DNA of 64,000 nt from Desulfatiglandales bacterium (GTDB taxonomy: Bacteria > Desulfobacterota > DSM-4660 > Desulfatiglandales > Desulfatiglandaceae), in assembly GCA_963662465.1 (NCBI GenBank), contig OY759599.1, forward strand, positions 64,001-128,000, read 5' to 3'. How positions within the stretch are numbered: position 1 is the stretch's first letter; each line of letters starts with the position of its first letter. Below are positions 31,973-42,100 of this stretch, one piece after another. The notes below the pieces were generated by a model. That model searched no databases. It was not told where the DNA came from and saw only the letters and a list, made by a program, of their open reading frames with translations. The position numbers and the translations under genes were made by a program.

Positions 31973-32218
31973 ATGCAAACTGTTAATATCCACGAAGCCA
32001 AGACGCACCTTTCACGCTTGGTTGACGAGGCTGCCAAAGGAAATGTTTTTATCATTGCCAAGGCAGGAAAACCGATGGTCAAAGTTTTGCCCCTGTCGGA
32101 TGGTGTGGTTGACGGGACTGAAAGGTTGGGGTTCATGTCCGGTGAGATCACGGTACCGGACGATTTTGATTCTCTCGGGGCAACGGAAATTACCATGCTT
32201 TTTGAAGGAAACCCCTGA
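31973..32218 (+). CDS. Phd/YefM-family antitoxin
   Basis: VNIHEAKTHLSRLVD, IIAKAGKP. Confidence 0.93.
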   Translation: MQTVNIHEAKTHLSRLVDEAAKGNVFIIAKAGKPMVKVLPLSDGVVDGTERLGFMSGEITVPDDFDSLGATEITMLFEGNP

Positions 32219-32604
32219 TGAAACTGTTGTTGGATACGCACATTGTTCTGTGGGCTGCAGGTCAGCCTGAAAAGCTTTCCGAATCAGCCCGAACTCTCTT
32301 GACAACACCCGAAAACGCTTTGTTTTTCAGCGTGGCCAGCATGTGGGAAATTGTCATCAAACGGGGCCTGGGACGGGACGATTTCAAGGTGAATTCGAGG
32401 CGCTTGAGAAAGATGCTTATCGCAAATGGTTATAACGAACTATCTGTTGATGCGGAGCATGTTTTTACGGTCGAAACGCTGCCTTTACGTCATAAAGACC
32501 CTTTTGATCGCTTGCTGCTGGCCCAGGCTAAAACGGAGGGAATGCTTTTGCTTACGGTTGATGCATCCGTTCTGCAATACCAGGAATCTGTGTTGGCTGT
32601 TTAG
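32218..32604 (+). CDS. vapC: VapC PIN-domain toxin
   Basis: LLLDTH, SVASMWE, HKDPFDR. Confidence 0.93.
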   Translation: MKLLLDTHIVLWAAGQPEKLSESARTLLTTPENALFFSVASMWEIVIKRGLGRDDFKVNSRRLRKMLIANGYNELSVDAEHVFTVETLPLRHKDPFDRLLLAQAKTEGMLLLTVDASVLQYQESVLAV

Positions 32605-32828
32605 GGGAAGCACGGGCACTATTTGCCTCGGTATGGGATTTGTGTGGCTTAGATCCGCAGATTACGCAGATTACACGGATTAGGTGTCTCGCGCCAAGAC
32701 GCCAAGGCGCAGAGAAGAGAGGATAGATGACGGGGGACGGAGGGCGGAAGACAGAGGACGGAGGACGGAGGACGGAGGACGGAGGTCGGATGTCGGAGGT
32801 CGGAGGTCGGAGGACAGAGGGTGAGAAA

Positions 32829-32890
32829 ATCTAACGGGTTGAAGCCGGAATTTACACTCACCATCAGGCGTTGCAACATGTACTCGATAG
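32829..32890 (-). pseudogene. Short DUF4160-like fragment
   Basis: RVHVATPDGECKFRLQPV resembles HVHV...GEAKFWL. Confidence 0.4.
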
Positions 32891-32963
32891 CAACTTGCAG
32901 CCTATCCAAAGGGCTTCTTGCTGCCACGATCCTGGTGCATTATCTGTCGGAAAGGATCCGAGT

Positions 32964-33299
32964 TCAATCTGCGGAAATAAGCCGTTGAGCTATGGCGCAG
33001 GCCTTTGATAAGGTTTTCTTGTCAACGCCGCCGATTTTTTTTACCAATCGTTTTTTGTCCAAACTTCTTAATTGATCCAGCATGATCTTTGAATCCTTGT
33101 CAAGACCGGCTGTACCACGGGGGATGAATACTTCAAATGGGTATATTTTCCGGGTTGTCGAGGTTATGGGCGCAACAATCAACCTGGAAGAGTTGTGATT
33201 CATGACATTTACCGAAATGACCAGCCCAGGCCTGGTCTTGCCGATTTCAGTATGTAGGGTCGGGTCCAAATTGACAAGATATACGTCTCCCTGATCCAT
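32964..33299 (-). CDS. PemK/MazF-family toxin
   Basis: QGDVYLVNLDP, EIGKTRP, VAPITS, DQLRSLDKKRL. Confidence 0.93.
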   Translation of the reverse strand: MDQGDVYLVNLDPTLHTEIGKTRPGLVISVNVMNHNSSRLIVAPITSTTRKIYPFEVFIPRGTAGLDKDSKIMLDQLRSLDKKRLVKKIGGVDKKTLSKACAIAQRLISAD

Positions 33300-33542
33300 T
33301 TAGTCCCACCCCTCTGGGTCCAAGGATTCCCATACTCTAATATCGGCCTGACGGTCTTTGTCTTTTGCAGCCTCTGAAAATGCCAGGCTCAATGCCTTTT
33401 CCTCTTCCTGCCGTATTTTTTTTGTGATTTCGTTTTTTAATAACTCATTGACAACCCTGCTTTTCTGGCGATTCGGAACCAGTTCCCCAAACCTTTCCCA
33501 TATTTGGCGCTCAATGGTTAAATTTACCCTGATCTGTTCCAT
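33300..33542 (-). CDS. Putative RHH-like antitoxin
   Basis: 80 aa directly upstream of the toxin; RVNLTI strand, acidic C-terminus. Confidence 0.75.
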   Translation of the reverse strand: MEQIRVNLTIERQIWERFGELVPNRQKSRVVNELLKNEITKKIRQEEEKALSLAFSEAAKDKDRQADIRVWESLDPEGWD

Positions 33543-33757
33543 CCGTCCCTCCTTCCTCTATTTGTGTTGCCTGCTGGATGTATACTAATACAGCAAAACC
33601 AGAAGGGCAAGGGATTAACGGGGTCAGGCTTTCCTTATTGTCGTTTTGAGGAATTGGTGTTTTGGAAAAGGGATTGCGAAAAGTAGAGGGCGCCTAATCT
33701 CGCTGGCATCAACGATGATGCGGCCGCATGGATAACTGAAAAAGGCAGTTTTACGTT

Positions 33758-34060
33758 CTAAGTGTTTCGGCCAGAGTCTACAAGGGCCATCTCGATTCGT
33801 TTTCCCAGTACAGCGGCAGCTTTGCTGATTGTGGCGATGGTTACGTTGTGTGCTTCTTCATTGAGAAGACGTTCCAATGCTGATCTGCTCGTTTTCATTC
33901 GGGTTGCCATCTCTGTTTTTCGAATACCTTGTTCTTCCATCATGGTTTTTAGCTGGTGGGCAAGGTTTTTTTTCAAGGCATTCAACTGAACTTGCTCATA
34001 GATGCCCTCTTCCTGGAGGAAATCATCAAAGCTCTGCCCTACATGGTGTTTCTTTAGCAT
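33758..34060 (-). CDS. XRE/HTH antitoxin
   Basis: HVGQSFDDFLQEEG, MKTSRSALERLL. Confidence 0.88.
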   Translation of the reverse strand: MLKKHHVGQSFDDFLQEEGIYEQVQLNALKKNLAHQLKTMMEEQGIRKTEMATRMKTSRSALERLLNEEAHNVTIATISKAAAVLGKRIEMALVDSGRNT

Positions 34061-34063
34061 TTC

Positions 34064-34354
34064 TTAGCCCTCCATTTCTCTTTTTCTGCTTTTGGCCAAT
34101 TCAAGATCCCCTTTCGGAATCTTTTTTGATTTTTTGATGAATCCATGGAGCAGGTACAATTGATCAGATTCAATGAAAAAGAGTACCCGCGCTGCTCGGC
34201 CGTTCGAAATCCGAGAGCGTATTTCAAAATTTCCGTTTCCGAGAGGCTTACATCTTGGGGGACCTACAGGCCAATGATATTCCACATTGGCGATATCTCC
34301 GCCGATCTCTATTCTGTCCTCTTTGGCCAATGACAATAGCCATTCCCGGACAGT
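34064..34354 (-). pseudogene. RelE/Gp49-like toxin, 5' end replaced by a heptamer tract
   Basis: VREWLLSL..WPVGPP..LLHGFIKKSKK; no normal start or RBS before VREWL. Confidence 0.75.
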
Positions 34355-34492
34355 AAAGACAGATGTCAGAGGTCGGAGGTCGGAAGTCAGGAAGGGACAG
34401 AGGGCGGAGGTCGGAGGGCGGAGGACGGGAAAAGACAGAGGTCGGATGTCGGATGTCGGAGGTCGGAGGTCGGAGGTCGGGGGTGAGGGGGC

Positions 34493-34574
34493 TGAGTTTT
34501 GGGTTCTGGGTTATGGATTTTGAGTTAGAAATGGAAGAAAATTGACGAAAGGACTTTTGATTTTGCTTTGTTGG
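34493..34574 (+). pseudogene. Heptamer tract plus 41-bp copy of the four-helix-bundle gene 5' end
   Basis: 34534-34574 is identical to 27033-27073. Confidence 0.8.
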
Positions 34575-34588
34575 ATGTTTAGGCGAAG

Positions 34589-34879
34589 TTACGCTCGATG
34601 TGCGTGCAGCTTTAGCCCAAGGGCCTTAATGACCTTGAGGATCGTCCCGAATTCCGGGTTTCCATTCTTTGAGAGCGCTTTGTAAAGGTTCTCCCTTGCC
34701 AGTCCGGTATCGCGTGCCAGCTGTGACATACCTCTGGCTCGCGCGATGACCCCCAATGCATGAGCGATGAATGCGGGGTTGTCCCCTGCTTCTTCGAGGC
34801 AGGCATCCAAATATGCTGCCATATCGTCATCGGTTTTCAGATATTCGGCGGTATCGTATCGGGTAAATTTTTCAGACAT
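34589..34879 (-). CDS. Addiction-module antidote (HI1420-like HTH)
   Basis: YDTAEYL, ALGVIARARGMSQLA, GNPEFGT. Confidence 0.92.
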   Translation of the reverse strand: MSEKFTRYDTAEYLKTDDDMAAYLDACLEEAGDNPAFIAHALGVIARARGMSQLARDTGLARENLYKALSKNGNPEFGTILKVIKALGLKLHAHRA

Positions 34880-35180
34880 TCTTCAACCCCTTCCATTTCT
34901 TGGCAATCGTTTGTGCCTGCTGGATATCCCGGTCCTGTGAGGATTTGTCACCACCACACAGCATCACCAACATGTTCAACTCGGGCTGCATGCAGTAAAG
35001 CCGATAGCCTGGTCCGTAGTGAATGCGCAACTCGGACAGCCCATGCCCAATGGGGCGAATATCACCCAGGTTGCCTAAGCCCACACGATCAAGTTTTGCA
35101 TGGATCCTCATGCGTGCCCGACGGTCTTTCAGATTCCCTAACCATTGAGAAAAAGTGGCACTTTCGATAATTTCAATCAT
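34872..35180 (-). CDS. Addiction-module killer (HI1419-like RelE/ParE)
   Basis: GNLGD, ELRIHYGPGYR, LCGGDKSSQ. Confidence 0.92.
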   Translation of the reverse strand: MIEIIESATFSQWLGNLKDRRARMRIHAKLDRVGLGNLGDIRPIGHGLSELRIHYGPGYRLYCMQPELNMLVMLCGGDKSSQDRDIQQAQTIAKKWKGLKNV

Positions 35181-35306
35181 ATCTGGCTTTGTAACTTACA
35201 AAATACAATAAGTCAAGCAAGAACAATTTGAGGGTTCGTTTCTTCACAGGAGACGACGGAAGACGGAGGATGGATGACAGCGGGTCGGCTGATAGCGTGG
35301 CCGTCC

Positions 35307-35552
35307 TTTCATTCGACGTTTGGTATTGTTGAGGCGGTGGAGGGGGGGAGGTTTCCGGATAGAGGCGATCCCGGTGAAATACGCTTCGCTGTCACTATCA
35401 TGAGTTTCACGGGACGAGTGATGACGGTGCATCCGCAGCGTTGGACGGATGATCCGGTGGCGTGGACGAAGGAGCTGGTTTGGCAGAATTGTAAGAATTT
35501 AGTGAAACGTATTGTTGTTCGCAGATTACGATCCGCAGATTACGCCGATTGA
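35307..35552 (+). pseudogene. Diverged copy of the 3' end of the deacetylase-like gene
   Basis: FHSTF..HPQRWTDDPVAWTKELVWQN..RRLRSADYAD; contains a hairpin insert at about 35368-35417. Confidence 0.88.
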
Positions 35553-35601
35553 CGCAGATTAAAGTTCTTGCGCAAAAAATGCAAAGAATAAGAAGAAATT
35601 A

Positions 35602-36819
35602 ATGTCAAGAAATGAATATAGGGTCTTTCTTGTGGTGGGTGCGCGGCCGAATTTTATGAAGATTGCGCCGATTGTCAGAGCGCTTAAAGCACAAAGCGAT
35701 CCGCAGATTACGCCGATTACACAGATTGATTGGAAGATTGTGCACACCGGGCAGCATTATGATTATGAAATGTCGCAGGCGTTCTTCGATGATTTGAAGA
35801 TTCCCAAACCCGATCATTTCCTGGAGGCGGGGCCGGGGAGCCATGCGGAGCAGACGGCCAGGATTATGGTCAGTTTTGAGAAGCTTTGCGAGCAGGAGCG
35901 GCCGGATCTGGTTGTGGGCGATGTCAATTCCACCCTGGCGTGCTCCGTGGTGTCCAAAAAGATCGGCATTGAAGTGGCCCACGTGGAGGCCGGGTTGCGG
36001 AGCTTTGATCTGTCCATGCCCGAGGAAATCAACCGGATGGTGACGGACGCTATAGCGGATTATTTTTTTGTGACGGAGCGAAGCGGGGTAGAGAACCTCA
36101 AAAAAGAAGGAAAGCCCGAAGACCGGATCTTTTTTGTCGGGCATGTGATGATTGATAATCTCTTGCATCAGCTGGAGGAAGTCCGCACGAATCATTTTCC
36201 TTTTGAGCATCGGGCGCTGAAGGATAGTCTTGACGAGTATATTTTCATGACGCTGCACCGGCCCGCCAACGTGGATGACAAGGAAATTCTTAGCGGGATC
36301 GCGGGGACTTTGGCCCGCGTGGCAAAGCATGTGCCCGTCATTTTTCCGGCACATCCCAGAACCGGGAAGATGCTGGCGCATTTCGGGATTGAGCTGCCGG
36401 AAAATATTCATCGGCTGCCGCCTTTGGGGTTTCGAGAGTCCTTGTACCTGTGGAAAGATGCCAAAATGGTGATCACCGACAGCGGGGGGCTGCAGGAAGA
36501 GACCACGGCCCTGGGTGTTCCCTGCCTGACGTTGAGGGAAAATACCGAGAGACCGGTCACGGTAACGGAAGGGACGAATCAGCTGGTGACGGTTAATGAT
36601 CTCGAGGACCGGGTACTGGAAATCCTGGCGGGAAGAGGAAAAAAGGGTCGGGTGCCGGAGTTGTGGGACGGAAGAGCGGCGGAGCGGATTGTGGGGGTTT
36701 TGGCGGAAATTTCACAGAGGTCGGATGTCGGATGTCGGAGGGCCGGAAGTAGGTGGTTAGAAGCGTTAGGCGTGCCCTTTTCCCCTAGAGCTTTTCTGTT
36801 GTTTATGGATAAAATATAG
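35602..36819 (+). CDS. wecB: Non-hydrolysing UDP-GlcNAc 2-epimerase
   Basis: GARPNFMK, HTGQHYD, HVEAGLRS, TDSGGLQEE, RENTERP; C-terminus runs through a repeat. Confidence 0.92.
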   Translation: MSRNEYRVFLVVGARPNFMKIAPIVRALKAQSDPQITPITQIDWKIVHTGQHYDYEMSQAFFDDLKIPKPDHFLEAGPGSHAEQTARIMVSFEKLCEQERPDLVVGDVNSTLACSVVSKKIGIEVAHVEAGLRSFDLSMPEEINRMVTDAIADYFFVTERSGVENLKKEGKPEDRIFFVGHVMIDNLLHQLEEVRTNHFPFEHRALKDSLDEYIFMTLHRPANVDDKEILSGIAGTLARVAKHVPVIFPAHPRTGKMLAHFGIELPENIHRLPPLGFRESLYLWKDAKMVITDSGGLQEETTALGVPCLTLRENTERPVTVTEGTNQLVTVNDLEDRVLEILAGRGKKGRVPELWDGRAAERIVGVLAEISQRSDVGCRRAGSRWLEALGVPFSPRAFLLFMDKI

Positions 36820-36873
36820 AAAAGCCAAACCAAATATGATCATTATCAACCCACCTAAGATGACAGAATACAT

Positions 36874-37065
36874 CTATGCCTCCTTTTCGATAAATATGGC
36901 TAATAAATATACGAAAACAGAAATAATTACGCCTAAAAAAACCAATATCGGGTTTATTTTAAGTTGATGAAACAAAGGTGCAATGACTGAAGTGGCGAAA
37001 ATGATCTTGCCAGTATCAGTTAGAATGTCTGCAATCCTTTTCTTTTGTTTTTCGTTCAGAATCAT
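36874..37065 (-). CDS. Small two-TM membrane protein
   Basis: 63-65 aa, AT-rich, RIADILTDTGKIIF. Confidence 0.6.
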   Translation of the reverse strand: MILNEKQKKRIADILTDTGKIIFATSVIAPLFHQLKINPILVFLGVIISVFVYLLAIFIEKEA

Positions 37066-37173
37066 AGCCATTCGCTTTCCATTTCTTTAACTTTATACTC
37101 AGATTGGAGTTGTGTCAATTTAAAAAGAAGCTTCTGGACGGAGGGCTGAGGTCGGAGGTCGGAGGACGGAGGA

Positions 37174-37373
37174 CAGTGTTGAGTTTTGGGTTTTGAGTTT
37201 TGAGTTGAAGGGAAAGGGCGGAAGACAGTTTTGAGTTTTGGGTTTTGAGTTTTGAGTTGAAGGGAAAGGGCGGAAGACAGTTTTGAGTTTTGGGTTTTGA
37301 GTTTTGAGTTGAAGGGAAAGGGCAGAAGATAGTTTTGAGTTTTGGGTTTTGGGTTTTGAGTTGAAGGGAAAGG
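37174..37373 (+). repeat. Minisatellite: four copies of a 52-bp unit
   Basis: Units start at 37174, 37226, 37278, 37330: CAG-(TTTTGRG)4-TTGAAGGGAAAGGGCGGAAGA. Confidence 0.92.
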
Positions 37374-37454
37374 ACGGAGGACGGAGGGCGGAAGACAGAG
37401 GTCGGAGGGCCTCTCCCTACTGGGCATGGAGATATGGAGGCAGCGTCTCAGGGT

Positions 37455-37820
37455 CTAGTCGATCTCGAGTACCAGCTTAAGGGCTTCGACAACCTCTTCC
37501 ATTCGGCGTGGCGGCATTGTGCCAACCAACTGGGGTTTTTTTGTCTTAGGATCGTAAAATCTTTTAGGATCCAGGGAGCGCATCTGGAAACAGAGAAATA
37601 CTGTATCTTTGGGAAGGCCCGTCTCAGCTGATGGCACACGTACATTTGTGGGGTAGTCTCTTGGCACATTCCGCGCATCTGTGCCCACTACAACTGAAAC
37701 AACGAGCGGTTGTTTATTTATGGCGTCGCTTGATATCACGAGGACTGGTCTGCGGCCCGCCTGCTCCCGACCTTTAATCGGGTTCAAATTTACCAGATAA
37801 ATTCCGCCGCGCTTGATCAT
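37455..37820 (-). CDS. PemK/MazF-family toxin
   Basis: RGGIYLVNLNP, EQAGRRPVLVIS, QMRSLD. Confidence 0.92.
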   Translation of the reverse strand: MIKRGGIYLVNLNPIKGREQAGRRPVLVISSDAINKQPLVVSVVVGTDARNVPRDYPTNVRVPSAETGLPKDTVFLCFQMRSLDPKRFYDPKTKKPQLVGTMPPRRMEEVVEALKLVLEID

Positions 37821-37823
37821 AAT

Positions 37824-38087
37824 TCACAAACCATCGTTTTCCGCTTCCGTAAACTCCTCGGACAAAACAGAACACACATCCCGGATTGCAGGGTCATCGG
37901 CCATTTCAGCCATAGCTGTTTCAAATTGATATTTTTTTTGACGTTTTGTGAAATCGATCAAAATGAAGGTGACCAGGCGATTGAAGTTATCCCGGAGTTC
38001 AGGAGGCGCTATAGTGCGCAATTCTTCAACCAATTCATTTGGAAGTGCGATGCTGCGACGGATTGTCTTTTTTGCCGTATTTTTCAT
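37824..38087 (-). CDS. Putative RHH-like antitoxin
   Basis: IRRSIALP; AMAEMADDPAI; directly upstream of the toxin. Confidence 0.75.
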   Translation of the reverse strand: MKNTAKKTIRRSIALPNELVEELRTIAPPELRDNFNRLVTFILIDFTKRQKKYQFETAMAEMADDPAIRDVCSVLSEEFTEAENDGL

Positions 38088-38340
38088 TTCACCCTCTTTG
38101 TAACCATAATCATGCACATAAAAAGTGTTGATGTCAACATGGAAATTGTTCATGGAAGAATCCAGAGGTTGGGAAGGGACAGAGGGCAGGGATGACGGAG
38201 GACGGAAGGCAGAGGACGGAGGACGGAAGGTAGAACAAGTGGATGATCTGATGGATGGCTGATAAGCTGATGGATAATAATCATATGGAAGTTCTGTTCT
38301 TGTTGACAAATCATATCACCTGGTGGTACACTCAGCGACA

Positions 38341-38727
38341 ATGAAAAAAGTTTTCAGAACCCGAACTTTCACCCGCTGGATGCGAAAGACTGGTCTGACC
38401 GACGAAATGCTTTGCCAGGCGGTTTCTGAGATGATGCAAGGGCTTGTGGACGGCGATCTGGGTGGCAACTTGCTGAAGAAGCGGATTGGCCTGTCCGGCC
38501 GGGGAAAACGTGGCGGCGGTCGAACGATTGTTGCCACCAATCGTTGTGACCGCTGGTTTTTCTTGTACGGCTTTGAAAAGAACGAACGCGCCAATATCAG
38601 CAAGGATGAAATCAAGGCGCTTCGGGAGTTAGCCGGACAATACCTGGCGTTTGACGACAAACAGATTGAATGGGCAGTCCGTAGCGGGAAATTCATGGAG
38701 GTGAATTTTGACGACAACAAAGCGTAA
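38341..38727 (+). CDS. RelE/HigB-like toxin
   Basis: DLGGNLLKKRI, GKRGGGRTI, FLYGFEKNERANI; TTGACA-18-TACACT upstream. Confidence 0.9.
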   Translation: MKKVFRTRTFTRWMRKTGLTDEMLCQAVSEMMQGLVDGDLGGNLLKKRIGLSGRGKRGGGRTIVATNRCDRWFFLYGFEKNERANISKDEIKALRELAGQYLAFDDKQIEWAVRSGKFMEVNFDDNKA

Positions 38728-39028
38728 CAGCCGAATTTTGAAAGAAGTTCACGAAATGGCAAGTGACCTGAACGAGATTGGGTTGATCGACAAACGGCGG
38801 ATGCGGGAATTTGACGCTCTGTGCAACTTGGACGTCGAGGAAATACCGCCCCAAAAGATCAAACAGTTGCGTGAGGAGGCGCATATCAGTCAAGCTGTTT
38901 TTGCCGCTGTGCTGAACATCAGTTTGTCCACCATTCAAAAGTGGGAGATCGGCGACAAGAAACCCAGCGGCCCATCCCTGAAGCTGTTGAGCCTTATTGA
39001 ACGTAAAGGTTTGGAAGCTGTACTCTAA
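38708..39028 (+). CDS. HigA-like HTH antitoxin
   Basis: ISQAVFA, QKWEIGDKKPSGP. Confidence 0.9.
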   Translation: MTTTKRNSRILKEVHEMASDLNEIGLIDKRRMREFDALCNLDVEEIPPQKIKQLREEAHISQAVFAAVLNISLSTIQKWEIGDKKPSGPSLKLLSLIERKGLEAVL

Positions 39029-39145
39029 AATCCGATCCGAACCCCGGTGACGGAGGACGGAGGGCGGAAGACGGAGGACGGAAGGGCGAAAAGGTGAGAA
39101 GTGGCAGAGGTTCCATACAGCTAATGCCAATAACCCATAACGAAT

Positions 39146-39511
39146 AACCAGCCCAGCGACCCCAGCACCCGTACCATTTTTGAGTTTTCTGCATTTATCC
39201 TTCCTTTCGATTGCCCACCAGAGTAACAACCACCGCCTCATTACACGAGATACCAAAACAAATGAACCCATTAAATCCTGAAGAGACGAAAAATGTCAGC
39301 GGAATTCCGCCCATTGTTCTGGGTGTTGTGGATTTCTGTTTGCTGAATCTGGCATTTTTTCTGCTGAATTACTGGAAACGGGGATCTTTTGAGTTGGCCC
39401 CAAAATATGGGAAGCTGCTGCTGGCCTTTTATGGGGTCTGGTTCCTGGTTTCCCTGGCCAATAAGAAATTTCAGTGGCGGGAATACGCGGGGTTGGGTAG
39501 AGGGCTGTGGA
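39146..39511 (+). pseudogene. Near-identical copy of the sugar transferase leader and 5' end
   Basis: Matches about 41990-42350 at DNA level. Confidence 0.9.
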
Positions 39512-39517
39512 GGCCCT

Positions 39518-39821
39518 GAACTGCAGTTTTGAGTTTTGAGTTTTGAGTTAAAGGAAACGTCCTGATTATGGGGGGTGATGGGAAGATCTTTAAAGACAGT
39601 TTTGGGTTATGGGTTAGGGAACAGCAGTTTTGGGTTTTGAGTTTTGAGTTATGAGTGAAAGGAAGATTGATGCGCGGACTTTTGAGTTTGCTCTGGTTGT
39701 GGTGGATGCGTACAAATTTCTTCTGGGGAAAAAGGAGTTTGTGCTTTCGAAGCAGTTTTTAAGGGCTGGTACTTCGATCGGTGCGAATGTGACGGAGGCC
39801 CAAGCTGCCCAAAGCACTTAA
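39518..39821 (+). pseudogene. One satellite unit plus a truncated four-helix-bundle gene (39651-39821)
   Basis: MSERKIDARTFEFA..RAGTSIGANVTEAQAAQST*; ATG lies inside heptamer TTATGAG. Confidence 0.9.
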
Positions 39822-39917
39822 TGGGGGACGTTGGCAGTTCTGTTAGTTTATTAGACAGGATCAACAGGATCAACAGGATAAAAGAAAAGAGTTATCAGTA
39901 TCGTTATCCATTTCGGT

Positions 39918-40213
39918 TCATTTCGGAATGAGGCCGGCAACCAGCACATTGGTGTCGATGATGAAGGTGCGGGGGCTCATCGCGTTCGATGAATACGGGT
40001 TTCTTCTATGGCGAGGCGAGTGGCTTCTTCTTGATTATGTTGTGCCTGAGACCGAGCGCGTTCGGCCAGTTGGCGGGCGCTTTCCATGGGTTTGATGCCG
40101 CGAAGCTGCAAACTCTCCTCAATGATTTGGCCGATACTACGCCCTTGCCGGACTGCGGTTTCTTTGATCGCACGATGCAAATTGTCGTTAAGCGTAATAG
40201 TTAGTCGGCCTAT
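39918..40213 (-). pseudogene. Decayed RHH antitoxin (ATA start) plus 20-codon PIN toxin stub
   Basis: GGAGG then ATA-GRLTITLNDNLHRAIK; stub MSPRTFIIDTNVLVAGLIPK* at 39918-39980. Confidence 0.75.
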
Positions 40214-40361
40214 GGTTACCTCCTTAATTTTGTGTGACCCTTTTGCCACATTAACACCAAAGCACCAATGGGTCAATATTTTGACAGGATCAGAAGACAG
40301 AGGGCCAAATGAAAAGAGGCTTGAAAAGTAACACTTGGTGTGATACCATTGGTTATGTTCC

Positions 40362-40724
40362 ATGAGGGTTTTCAAAAATACTTGGTTCCGCCGTTTTGCA
40401 CGTGACCAGAAGATCACCGATTATGCCCTCCGTAATGTTGTTCAGAGAACCGAGAGCGGTCAGATTGATGCCAATCTGGGCGGAGGCGTGGTCAAACAAC
40501 GGGTTGCTCGGCCAGGTTATGGGAAGTCCAAAGGTTACCGAACCGTTATTCTGTACCAGGCGGGGGAAAGGGCGTTTTTTGTTTATGGATTTTCCAAAAG
40601 TCAGAGAGAAAACATCCGAGAAGATGAAAAAAAACAGTTCAAGAAGATGGCCGGTCACGTTCTGGAGCTCTCAGAAGAACAGTTGAACGAATTGGTAACT
40701 ATGGGGAAGTTTGAGGAGATCTAA
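40362..40724 (+). CDS. RelE/HigB-like toxin
   Basis: NLGGGVVKQRVAR, GKSKGYRT; TTGAAA-17-TACCAT at 40321-40349. Confidence 0.9.
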   Translation: MRVFKNTWFRRFARDQKITDYALRNVVQRTESGQIDANLGGGVVKQRVARPGYGKSKGYRTVILYQAGERAFFVYGFSKSQRENIREDEKKQFKKMAGHVLELSEEQLNELVTMGKFEEI

Positions 40725-40728
40725 GGCG

Positions 40729-41046
40729 ATGGTGAAGAGATATACAAGTGAAGCTTTTGCCGCGATCCATGAAACCATGGAGGCACTGCATGAGATTGGC
40801 GCGGTTGACAAAAAGACCATGCGCGAATTTGATGAGGCTTGTTTGACCCCTGTTCGTGTTTTGAACCCAGAGGAGATTAGGCTGATTCGGTTGCGTGAAA
40901 ATCTGTCGCAGCCGGTCTTTGCGCTTTATCTGAATGTATCGAAAAATCTGGTTTCTGATTGGGAACGAGGCGTTAAAAAGCCAGGCGGTCCAGCATTGAA
41001 GTTGCTGACGGTGATCGACAAAAAAGGGTTGCAGGCGATTGCGTAA
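40729..41046 (+). CDS. HigA-like HTH antitoxin
   Basis: LSQPVFA, SDWERGVKKPGGP. Confidence 0.9.
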   Translation: MVKRYTSEAFAAIHETMEALHEIGAVDKKTMREFDEACLTPVRVLNPEEIRLIRLRENLSQPVFALYLNVSKNLVSDWERGVKKPGGPALKLLTVIDKKGLQAIA

Positions 41047-41393
41047 CCCGGGGTCAGGCTTTCCTTGTTGTCGTTTTGCAGTGGAGGTGCTGGGGAGGAC
41101 AGCGGTATTGGGCGTTTAAAAACAGTTTTGGGTTTTGAGCTGGGGGGACTGAAAAGCGGTTTTGATGGCGGTTTTTCTTAAGGCAGACCTCAATATTCTG
41201 ACAGGATTAACAGGATGGACAGGATAAAAGAAAGTGAAAGGCCAGCGGGACGCTCTTTAATAATTCAATAACTTACTGAGGTTATTACAAAACAGAGGAC
41301 GGAGGACGGATGTCGGAGGTCGGTGGTCGGTGGTCGGAAGTAGGCGGTTAGAAGCGTTAGGCGTGCTCCCTTACGGCAGGCAATTCAAACCCA

Positions 41394-41965
41394 ATGAATC
41401 AGCTAAATTCTGAAGAAATGAAACATGTCGGCGGAATTCCGCCCGTTGTTCTGGGTGTGGTGGATTTCTGTTTGCTGAACCTGGCGTTTTTTCTGCTGAA
41501 TTACTGGAAACGGGGATCTTTTGAGTTGAGCCCCATCTATGGGAAGCTGCTGCTGGCCTTTTCAAGAAGAGAATTGCGATGCCTGGACAGGGAAAACGTG
41601 GGGGGTGGAGGAGCTTTCTCACAAGCCTGGTGGATCGAAAAGGCATTGACGCAGTTGCCTGATCTAAAAAAAAGTAACTCGCGCAGAGACGCCAAGACGC
41701 AAAGAAGAGAAGTTTTTTTGTTTTTCTCTGCGTCTCCGCGTCTCTGCGCGAGAATATAGAGACTTTCTTATAAGAAACAGATTCAAACATATCTTTGGCT
41801 TACGGGTTGCAGGCTGGGGTATCTGTTGAATTTCGGTGGGGCCCTGATGAAACAGGGTATTACCAGGGCTGTCAATAATCTTGAAGAATAAATTATCTCG
41901 CGCAGAGACGCGGAGGCGCAGAGGGAAGAAGGGTTTTTTGGTTTTTCTTTGCGTCTCTGCGCGAG
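41394..41965 (+). pseudogene. Mosaic remnant: sugar transferase 5', HigB-like piece, HigA 3', hairpin, GxxExxY 3', hairpin
   Basis: Segments match 42101-42268, 44512-44640 and 44916-45070; FKKRIAMPGQGKRGG at about 41561-41608. Confidence 0.85.
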
Positions 41966-42100
41966 AATAAAATAAGATGAAACGAATAAGCAGCCCAGCG
42001 ACCCCAGCACCTGTACCATTTTTGAGTTTTCTGCAATCCTTCCTTTCGATTGCCCGCCAGAGTAACAACCACCTCCTCATCACACGAGATACCAAAACAA

